Shown in pieces: positions 38,101 to 49,400 of a stretch of 64,000 bases of DNA; position 1 is the first letter of the stretch, and each line of letters begins with the position of its first letter. Both the position numbers and the translations under genes were made by a program. The stretch covers positions 5,642,001 to 5,706,000 of the forward strand of contig CM082590.2 of the NCBI GenBank assembly GCA_040954595.2, in the 5' to 3' direction. Source of the DNA: Balanoglossus misakiensis (Eukaryota > Animalia > Hemichordata). A model generated the notes under the pieces. The model saw only the letters and a program-made list of their open reading frames with translations. It was not told where the DNA came from and made no database searches.

Positions 38101-41100
38101 AATGCGAAGGGTTGGGTACGTGAACTGACTTATTACTTCATCATGGATTACATGGCAACATAAATGAATAATTTTAAAAAATGCCTTTTAAAAAGACTTA
38201 TTACAACACTATATTATTTTCATCCAAAATTACTTTGCATGATCCAAATTCAATGGGAAGAAACAAGCTAACCCCTTAACAAGAAGAGGGAAAATCCAAA
38301 AATTATTACCCGTACTGATTTAGTTTTAATGACCATGATAGCCTTGGGATCCAGCCATAGGAAGGACAGTAGGACACATTGTACTCTAAATTTAACTCTC
38401 TTTACAATTTGGCCAAAGAAGTTGACACAGTTTGTGCCTGAATGAATAAATATGTTCCAGAAATTAAATTTTTATGGATTTTTTTGTGTTTTGTGTTTTC
38501 AAGCCATCGCTGAAATTTTGCTGGCAATCTTTTTTTTTTAATCTTCCAGATCCCTCCCACCCTGAATATCAAATGGTCCACCCTTAACTAAGCTATGGAG
38601 ACTAAAACATCCAATGTCAAAAACTATATCACCAATCAAAGCGTTTTCCTCACTGTTAGAATCAATTGAGATTCTTCACTGTCATACTTGAATCTGTATT
38701 CACTTTAACAGTCGGCAATTTTCATTTTGTGTGTGGAAGGACTGTGGATTATCCTTTCAAATCAGTCAGTATGCCATTATGGTTGTTTTTGCAATATGGC
38801 TGATACTTGTGATATTTTTATGTATTTATCTGTTGGTTTATTTATTGTTTGTTTGCTTGTTTACACTTCACATTACATTTTAATTATTTGTTTGTTTTAT
38901 GAAACCTCACATTACATTTCAAATTCTCTGACATTGTCAGTGTTTTTGTTAATTAAGGGCGGTACCTAGGTAAAATCTACCGGAGTTCCCCAGTCATTTT
39001 ACTGGGTGTATCAATGTAGTTACCGTACTTGCCCGGGTAAGAACCCCTGCGCGGGCAAACGCCCCCCTGTGGTTTTAGGGCCCATTTGAAGATCGAGGTT
39101 ATATCCGGTCTAAAGCCCCCCCCCCCCCCCCCTCCCCTCCCTTGGCCGAATATCCATTAAATTCTTGGAAATTTAATAAAGTGCATGCAAAAAGGCGGAT
39201 TTTCATCCCCATAGAAAATTAAAAAAAACGTCCACGACAGCAAACAATTTCCATATGATGATTTACTTTCGCGCTGATTATCTTACCCACCGCGGCCGAC
39301 TGGCCACGCTGAGTTATATATAGCCGCTCTAGAAAACATGACCTCAGACAGGTCCCTCGGGACCGTGCCTCGAATTCAACGATCACGTAGATGGACGCGC
39401 TGCCGCGTATGAGGTCACCGGGGAGCTTTCCAAAGCGGCCGCGTGGAACTGCTTCAGTCCGTCCTCGACGCGAAACACCCAAAATTGGAAGATCCCGACT
39501 TGGACTCGGAGAATGAACCACTCAAAAATTCCGGTAGGGAAAGGCATGATTGCCACGTTGAAGATAGATGTATTTGCGTCTAAGTATTAAATGCATGGGT
39601 GGGATCGACCATTTACCAGTGTCCCGGTTAAATGGGATGTTTTGTCTGCACCCATGGTGTCCCGATTAAACGGCGGGGACTGTAATATGTTTTCTGTATT
39701 TGATTTATGGGAAAACAACTTTTTATTATTTAATAAAGTACATTGTTTGACCGTGAAATGTTTTGCCATGTTATTTGCTTCATTATTCACCCCTTCCTCG
39801 TGTCCCTAGCCCCTTATTTGCAGAAAAGTGGAGGTGGTGCCCTGGCAAACCCCCCCCCCCCCAGCCCCTGTTTTTTTTCGTTACTTTGGGGGCCCAGCAC
39901 GTGGGGGCAAGTACGGTACATTAGGGGGTTGTAGAAATGTTACCGGGGTTCCCAAGTCCATTACCAATGTTCCCCAATCTTAGCAAAAACACTCATGCTC
40001 CTCCTTCATTACTTACAGTGGGGAGACACCCCTTTGCACTCTGCAGCAAGGAGGGATGTTGGTGAAGGCCGTGTCAGATTGTTATTGGAACACAAAGCTG
40101 ATGTGACCATACAAAACATGGTAAATACCTACCTGGCTTCTGCAGGTTAATTCTATCAGTTTAGAAACATTTATTTGTTTGTTTATTTGTTCGTTTAGGA
40201 AACCTCACAGAACATTTCAAATGTTATGACATTGTTCTCATGCTCCTCCTCCATTACATACAGAAATACTCACCAGAACGGTGTTGGCAAGAAATTACTC
40301 ACAAGGAAACTGCTTCATAATAATGGATGACCACAGACAAGTTCTGTACCTCTGATAATGATACCAGTAACTTAGGTGCTCTATGCGAGTCAAAACACAG
40401 TATTTCACTCAAACAAACACTTTCTGAACATTAATGGTCATCAAAGTCATCTCTATTCTTTTGTCTAAATAAAGATTTCCCATCCATGTACATTTTATGG
40501 TCTTATGCAGATCTTTACAAATTGATCCAAATCAGTTTTTCCCTCAAAACTGTCAAGATGAATAAAGGCACAATCTACTACCCATATTTTCTTTAAATTG
40601 TTCATCGTTATGAGGAAATTTATCATCCTAGTACTGTTGAAAAACTAGAGGTTAATTATCAATTCAGTGTTACAGTTGGTAGTCTGTTTGGTTGCGCTGT
40701 TTATGCATAACTTTTGTTGTTGTACCTCTTACATGATGTTGTCTGTTTTTGTTTCTTGGATAGGATGGCAACACAGCACTTCACATGGCAGCAATGGGCG
40801 GAGAGTTTCGGGGGGATTATGGAAAAGTTGTGAAACTATTGTTGCAATATGGAGCTGATATTGACTGCAAAAATAAGGTATAATCTTCCACTTTTATATT
40901 TTATTCCATGACACTCTAGACCTACACCATGTGTTCTGATCAACTCCCATTTTCTCAAGTAGTTAATCTTCATAATCTTTGAATTTGAAATGCACAATTT
41001 TATCAAAGTCTTGAAATTTCCTGAACACTATTTTAACCAAGCACTCCTAAAACAGTATGAGTTTGCACAATGGTCTTCTTTCCAATTGTGGTTTTTGTGG

Positions 41101-44100
41101 TAAATTTTGTTGAGGATTTGTATCTATTTGCCATTGTCCTTTGAATCAAAAGTACTCCCTCTATCGGGTCAGGTGTTGTACAGGCAGGTGTTGACTCATG
41201 ACGGTCGATGCCAATCCTATCTTTGAGACTTTCTATCTCCACTTTCAGTGATGTGGAGAGTATCAGATAGGGCGATTGTCTGTCGGCCTCCAGCATCTGC
41301 CAACTCCTGTCTGTCACCTAATACAATTGATCATAAGGAGGTGCCATATAATTTGTCATTGTCCGTTGAATCAAAACTACTCCCTCTATCGGGTCAGATG
41401 TTGTACAGGCAGGTGTTGACTCATGACGGTCGATGCCAATCCTATCTTTGAGACTTTCTATCTCCACTTTCAGTGATGTGGAGAGTATCAGATAGGGCGA
41501 TTGTCTGTCGGCCTCCAGCATCTGCCAACTCCTGTCTGTCACCTAATACAATTGATCATAAGGAGGTGCCATATAATTTGTCATTGTCCTTTGAATCAAA
41601 ACTACTCCCTCTATCGGGTCAGATGTTGTACAGGCAGGTGTTGACTCATGACGGTCGATGCCAATCCTATCTTTGAGACTTTCTATCTCCACTTTCAGTG
41701 ATGTGGAGCGTATCAGATAGGGCGATTGTCTGTCGGCCTCCAGCATCTGCCAACTCCTGTCTGTCACCTAATACAATTGATCATAAGGAGGTGCCATATA
41801 ATTTGTCATTGTCCGTTGAATCAAAACTACTCCCTCTATCGGGTCAGATGTTGTACAGGCAGGTGTTGACTCATGACGGTCGATGCCAATCCTATCTTTG
41901 AGACTTTCTATCTCCACTTTCAGTGATGTGGAGCGTATCAGATAGGGCGATTGTCTGTCGGCCTCCAGCATCTGCCAACTCCTGTCTGTCATCTAATACA
42001 ATTGATCATAAGGAGGTGCCATATAATTTGTCATTGTCCTTTGAATCAAAACTACTCCCTCTATCGGGTCAGGTGTTGTACAGGCAGGTGTTGACTCATG
42101 ACGGTCGATGCCAATCCTATCTTTGAGACTTTCTATCTCCACTTTCAGCGATGTGGAGAGTATGAGATAGAGTGATTGTCTGTCAGCCTCCAGCATCTGC
42201 CAACTCCTGTCTGTCATCTAATACAATTGATCATAAGGAGGTGCCATATAATTTGTCATTGTCCTTTGAATCAAAACTACTCCCTCTATCGGGTCAGGTG
42301 TTGTACAGGCAGGTGTTGACTCATGACGGTCGATGCCAATCCTATCTTTGAGACTTTCTATCTCCACTTTCAGCGATGTGGAGAGTATGAGATAGAGTGA
42401 TTGTCTGTCGGCCTCCAGCATCTGCCAACTCCTGTCTGTCATCTAATACAATTGATCATAAGGAGGTGCCATATAATTTGTCATTGTCCTTTGAATCAAA
42501 ACTACTCCCTCTATCGGGTCAGGTGTTGTACAGGCAGGTGTTGACTCATGACGGTCGATGCCAATCCTATCTTTGAGACTTTCTATCTCCACTTTCAGTG
42601 ATGTGGAGAGTATCAGATAGGGCGATTGTCTGTCGGCCTCCAGCATCTGCCAACTGCTGTCTGTCACCTAATACAATTGATCATAAGGAGGTGCCATATA
42701 ATTTGTCATTGTCCTTTGAATCAAAACTACTCCCTCTATAGGGTCAGGTGTTGTACAGGCAGGTGTTGACTCATGACGGTCGATGCCAATCCTATCTTTG
42801 AGACTTTCTATCTCCACTTTCAGTGATGTGGAGCGTATCAGATAGGGCGATTGTCTGTCAGCCTCCAGCATCTGCCAACTCCTGTCTGTCACCTAATACA
42901 ATTGATCATAAGGAGGTGCCATATAATTTGTCATTGTCCTTTGAATCAAAACTACTCCCTCTATCGGGTCAGGTGTTGTACAGGCAGGTGTTGACTCATG
43001 ACGGTCGATGCCAATCCTATCTTTGAGACTTTCTATCTCCACTTTCAGTGATGTGGAGCGTATCAGATAGGGCGATTGTCTGTCGGCCTCCAGCATCTGC
43101 CAACTCCTGTCTGTCACCTAATACAATTGATCATAAGGAGGTGCCATATAATTTGTCATTGTCCTTTGAATCAAAACTACTCCCTCTATCGGGTCAGATG
43201 TTGTACAGACAGGTGTTGACTCATGACGGTCGATGCCAATCCTATCTTTGAGACTTTCTATCTCCACTTTCAGTGATGTGGAGAGTATCAGATAGGGCGA
43301 TTGTCTGTCGGCCTCCAGCATCTGCCAACTCCTGTCTGTCACCTAAAACAATTGATCATAAGGAGGTGCCATATAATTTGTCATTGTCCTTTGAATCAAA
43401 ACTACTCCCTCTATCGGGTCAGATGTTGTACAGACAGGTGTTGACTCATGACGGTCGATGCCAATCCTATCTTTGAGACTTTCTATCTCCACTTTCAGTG
43501 ATGTGGAGCGTATCAGATAGGGCGATTGTCTGTCGGCCTCCAGCATCTGCCAACTCCTGTCTTTCACCTAATACAATTGATCATAAGGAGGTGCCATATA
43601 ATTTGTCATTGTCCTTTGAATCAAAACTACTCCCTCTATCGGGTCAGGTGTTGTACAGGCAGGTGTTGACTCATGACGGTCGATGCCAATCCTATCTTTG
43701 AGACTTTCTATCTCCACTTTCAGTGATGTGGAGAGTATCAGATGGGGCGATTGTCTGTTGGCCTCCAGCATCTGCCAACTCCTGTCTGTCACCTAAAACA
43801 ATTGATCATAAGGAGGTGCCATATAATTTGTCATTGTCCTTTGAATGAAAACTACTCCCTCTATCGGGTCAGGTGTTGTACAGGCAGGTGTTGACTCGTG
43901 ACGGTTGATGCCAATCCTATCTTTGAGACTTTCTATCTCCACTTTCAGTGATGTGGAGAGTATCAGATAGGGCGATTGTCTGTCGGCCTCCAGCATCTGC
44001 CAACTCCTGTCTGTCACCTAAAACAATTGATCATAAGGAGGTGCCATATAATTTGTCATTGTCCTTTGAATGAAAACTACTCCCTCTATCGGGTCAGGTG

Positions 44101-46359
44101 TTGTACAGGCAGGTGTTGACTCATGACGGTTGATGCCAATCCTATCTTTGAGACTTTCTATCTCCACTTTCAGTGATGTGGAGAGTATCAGATAGGGCGA
44201 TTGTCTGTCGGCCTCCAGCATCTGCCAACTCCTGTCTGTCACCTAATACAATTGATCATAAGGAGGTGCCATATAATTTGTCAATGTCCGTTGAATCAAA
44301 ACTACTCCCTCTATCGGGTCAGATGTTGTACAGGCAGGTGTTGACTCATGACGGTCGATGCCAATCCTATCTTTGAGACTTTCTATCTCCACTTTCAGTG
44401 ATGTGGAGAGTATCAGATAGGGCGATTGTCTGTCGGCCTCCAGCATCTGCCAACTCCTGTCTGTCACCTAATTATCTGACAATTCCTAATAAGGATTTTT
44501 CTTATTTGTGTTTTAAATAATTCTGTACTTTTGATACAGTCTGATGGAAAAGAGGAATCAGTGTTAATTTTCTTTAAATGATTGTTGATTTTGTGAAATT
44601 CAGGTTTTATTCACTATTAAACATGTCAGTTGATGTGGTTATTTTTTTCATGAAAAATTTCAAACAAAACTTTAAAATTACATTAGAATTTAATGAATTT
44701 TGAATTATTACTACTTTTATAAATATTAAATCATAATTAATGTTTCAATTCTTTTTGTCCTAAATAAATTAGACTGGAAAGACACCACTTGATGTCGCTG
44801 AAGAGTCTCGGAAGGAGGTGCTGTTGGATTACATTCAGGTGAGTGTACTTTTTATATTATCATGAATTTTAATAATATACAACCTGAAATGTGCTCATTC
44901 TTATTCATCTTGAATCAAAAGTGTCCATTGATTTCAGTGTGATATAAATTACTTAATGTGGTGTCAGTCTTATCTGTTCTCACCAAACCCACAAATAAAA
45001 TTGTATTTTTATGATTTCTTTATTCAACCAGAGACGAAATGAGTTCAAGGACCTGATGGAGGAACAAGGTGTGAAATGTGACACTTTTAAGTTGTTCTTC
45101 GCTGGAGATGGTGGAGTTGGTAAGACTACATTATTGGAGTCACTTCAGAGGGTATGTTGATATTTTTGTTTCATTTGCGTTAAAGTTCTAGTATTAATAT
45201 TACAATTAATTAAGGGTTGCTTGTGTGAAACTTGATGGGCCAGAATGAATTCTTAATAAACCCTTGCTCACTCTGTCCTCAAAATGTCATTTTCTGTGAT
45301 TTGTGAAGCAAGAGATGCCTGTCATGTGATAAATATATAATCCCAATGATATTTTTCTTTGTTTAACGTCATTGTATACTCGTGGTTTTCACGGAGACGT
45401 ACAACTTCTCATCTACGGCTCGAAGTTGCACGACTCCCCGAAAACCACTCATATAGGATGACGTCAAACAAAGAAATATATCGTGGGATTATATGTAATT
45501 TTTTCTTTCACTCCCCCTTATCAAAGATTAAAGAAACAACCCTGGAATCTGAAGAAAGTGAACACATTCCCACACCTGGTATTGATGTCCAAAGTGTTCA
45601 TATTCCTGACGTAGGCAAAGTCAGTGTTTGGGATTTTGCCGGCCAGGCTGAGTATTACGTCACTCATAACATGTTTCTGGGAGCACCCAATGCTGTCTCC
45701 ATATTGGTGTTCAAAGCTACAGACGAGAATGGTAAACTCAACACCTTTGAACGTGTGTTCCCACAGGTAAGAATCTTCACAGGAAAGTTAGACTGCATTG
45801 TTTATCACTTTCCAAGTTTTATCTGTACGAATGGAAAATATTGCTGTTTGAGAAACTTTATTCCATGTGCAACACTATCTCGGTCACCATTCATGGCTTT
45901 TTGAAAGAGTTGCAGATATTTCTATAATTGGTCTCCTGCAGATGTTGTTCAATAATTAAATTATTTCACATTGTTTATCGCATAGCTCCAAATATTACCT
46001 GAATCCTGAGAAATCTCATATTGGATTCAATTCATGATCCCTTGGACTCAAAAATAATACTTTTCACAAATATTCTCATTTGTAGATTTTGTTTTGGTTG
46101 CGGTTTCTGAAAGGAACAACCCACATGGACAGGTATTCATTTGATAAGTCAGGAGAAGGATACGAGAAACCAGTGGTGATATTGGTTGCAAGTCGAGCTG
46201 ATAAGTTGAAGAGAATCGATATGGCTCTAGGTTAGTGTTGTCAGCTTTTTCATATATCAAATAATATCTGTCATTTGTTCAAGTGTGTGTATGTATGTAT
46301 GAATGTATGTATGAATGTATGTATGTATGTATGTATGTATGTATGTATGTATGTATGTA

Positions 46360-46416
<57 letters not shown>

Positions 46417-49400
46417 ATGTATGTATGTATGTATGTATGTATGTATGTATGTATGTACCGGGTATTTATGTACATGTATGTACATGTATGTATGTATGTA
46501 TGTGTGTGTATGTATGTACATGTATGTGTGTATGTATGTATGTAGGTAGGTATGTATGTAGGTATGTATGTGTGTGTATGTATGCACGTGTATGTGTGTA
46601 TGTATCTATGTGTGTGTATGTATGTATGTTTGTTTGTTTGTTTTTTCACCATGCAGTCAGCAACTGAATACTTAGCATTTCAATATGAGTAGAACGTAGT
46701 TAGTTGATTCACAAATCAGAGTTTGGAAATAATCATAAAAAAAACATTTTACCATTTCACCACCATGATTCAGTCCAAACCAATTGTTTCCCATGGTAAG
46801 GTTGGACCTCTAAAGAGGGAACTGGGGGTGAAAGGGTTAATGACTATTTTACACCCAATAGAGAGAGAGGTTTACAGCAGAACTTTTTTTGCCATAGTTT
46901 CTGCATATGGAGTTATCTGGCTATTAATATTGTCATCTCTTTATAATTTACAGCTCGTCATTTGCTGAAGGAAGTTCTGACAGAAGCCCAGACTATGTTT
47001 CAAGATTATTTAGACATAGTGAGCGACATATTTCCGTTGAATTGCCGTGATTCTACAGACAGTGAAATGAAGAAACTCCGTGATTGTTTAAATCAGAAAA
47101 AGGTAACAATATTTCGCTGTAGTCATTTGCCTCTAAATTGTTAAGTTTTATCAGCACAGATACACTAGAGCACTGCAGTATTGGTGTACAACTACAAGAT
47201 TCATGACGAATATATATCTGAAAGTGTAAAACATTACATCCTCATCATGTTGTACAAGTATTAGTTGATATTAGAATTTCTGGCAAAAGTAACATTTTCA
47301 GTAATTACAAACAAAAATAATGTTAGCTGGAATGCATGGTTGTGAGATGCTTTTTACCAAATTACCAATGATGAAAATGTTGAAACAAGATAAGGTCAGT
47401 TCCATTGAAAATCAGAATTTGAATTTAAAGCAAATGAAAATCTTGTCAAAATACTTGATTTACAAAGATACTTTTTTGATCCCCTGCCCCCATGTATACT
47501 ACAGATATTTTCAACATACATTTTCATTGGATAAATAAAATTCTATGCTTCGTTTTATGTGTCACTTATTAGACTTGCATGGCCAGTCATGGTTTTATTT
47601 AATATTTCTTTTGAGTGACACAGTCCCTAAATTGACTGAATATAATGTTTGGCTACTTCCAATTATTTCATGTTATCCATTTATTTTTATTCTTAGAAAG
47701 TGAAAATGCTTCCAAGCGTGTGTGCCAAGATAATGGAAAAGAAGAGGAAATTATATGATGACTTTCCAGCTCTTTATTGGACAGTATATGTGGCGAAAAT
47801 CAAAGAAATATACCCCACGATTGACGAAAGTTTCTTACGAAAAGCCACCAACTATCTGCATGACATAGGAGAGGTCAGTAACAAGAAACAACATGTTCCT
47901 CATCCATTCTCTGTTAGTACAAATTCTGGGATGAGTGTATGTGATACTACAAATTTGACAAAATGAAATTATCAGTGTTTAATGCAGTTGATGTGTAAAA
48001 GAGTTACAGATTGTTCCTTCCATAACAATTTTTCGTGTTACTTTTCTTGTTTACAGCTTTTGTTTGTGAAGAAGTCATCTCTAGAAAGAAAAGATGTCGT
48101 GGTATTGGATCCAAACTGGTTGTGTTCCAGGATGTTTGGACCAATGTTGGCTACCCCTTTATTTGCACAATTCAGTTCCAGATTCAAGAGAGATTGTTTT
48201 CAGTCAATTGACAAGATAGAAGATGTACTTGGTGAAGGTGTTAACAGCCAACTGATCGTCGACCTTCTAGAAGATTTTGAGCTTCTCTGTCAAGCACATG
48301 ATATCACAGAGACGGGAGAGAAACTTTTCGTCATACCAGGGCTTCAAGACGACGATATGCCTGAAGGTCAATGGGAGGTGAGCCGAATGAAGACCATCTA
48401 CCTTGGAAGACGTTTTGAATGCCACGATGAAACAGATTCCTTTACGGCAGGCTTTTTCCCAAGATTACAGACCCGTCTATATAAGCATTTCACAGAGCTT
48501 GGCCAGCCGCCCAGTGGCTTATGGAGAAATGGTATCAAAGTGTGCCATGATGTTGAAGGTCTTGTCTTTATGACCAATGGCAGAAGGGCAGTCAATGTCT
48601 GCGTACGAGTTGAAGACAAGAAGTTGATTGGTGAGGGCTACAAGCTTCTTGAGATGGTTTCCAAAGACATACAGGATGTCTTCTCGATCGCATGTCCAGG
48701 CAACAGGATGAATCAGCTTATCCTGAGTGCAGATTCTCTTGCAAACCACAGCAACATGGAAAAAGTAGAGTTTTACACTCTCGATGAGGTGCTACGTGCA
48801 GAAGACATGGGAAAGAAAGTGTACAACCAAAAAGTTGGTAAAGCAGAAGATGTTTGTGACCTGCTTTGTCAAGGTCATGACACAACGATCTTACGAAGGA
48901 AGTGGAAACGCTGTGATATCAAATGGATGCTTGAAGAAACCAGACACAAAGTGACCATGAGAATGGACATTGAGCGTGGACACCCTTCCTTGCACTATGC
49001 CACCATGGCCGAATGGATGGGCATAAAATACACGGATGTGCGGACATTTGAAGAACAAGCTCGTCGCACTGGCCGACCAGTTACACACTATATCTTCGAA
49101 GAGTGGTGTCGCAGATGGATGAAACAACATCAAAGTGGAAAAGACACAACTACAGCTGCAGGTGCCAGAGCCATGTCACATGACATCAATGCCAGCAAAG
49201 GTCGTATGGCAAAAATGTCACTGTCATCAACATCATCACCCTCGCAAGATTCAAGTGAAGACGCGAAGGCTCAGAAAACAGCAAGACAGAAGTATCCACG
49301 TGTAGAGGGACCCCTCTTCGAAAGCAACTTTGAGAATCTGTTGGCAATTTTCAAGACCATGGGAAGAGACGACATGGTAGCATTGATTGAAGAGATGTTC

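Noticed and set aside
41033-44467. Series of abutting 74-aa (-) and 67-aa (+) ORFs
   Set aside because: A by-product of a 225-bp satellite (a multiple of 3). Starts are mostly GTG, there is no recognisable domain, and it lies in an intron.
41127-44471. CRISPR-like array
   Set aside because: Whole units are repeated with no unique spacers, there are no cas genes, and the context is eukaryotic.
45985-46055. Possible extra Roc exon (ISYWIQFM)
   Set aside because: No in-phase acceptor and early stops. Exon 46086-46230 supplies the FWLRFL motif.
46257-46667. His/Thr/Tyr- and Cys/Met/Val-rich ORFs
   Set aside because: Translations of a microsatellite.
46750-46840. piggyBac-like short ends (..GAAAGGGTTAA), also at ~14250 and ~56370
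   Set aside because: The matching left ends are degenerate or missing, so element boundaries cannot be supported.
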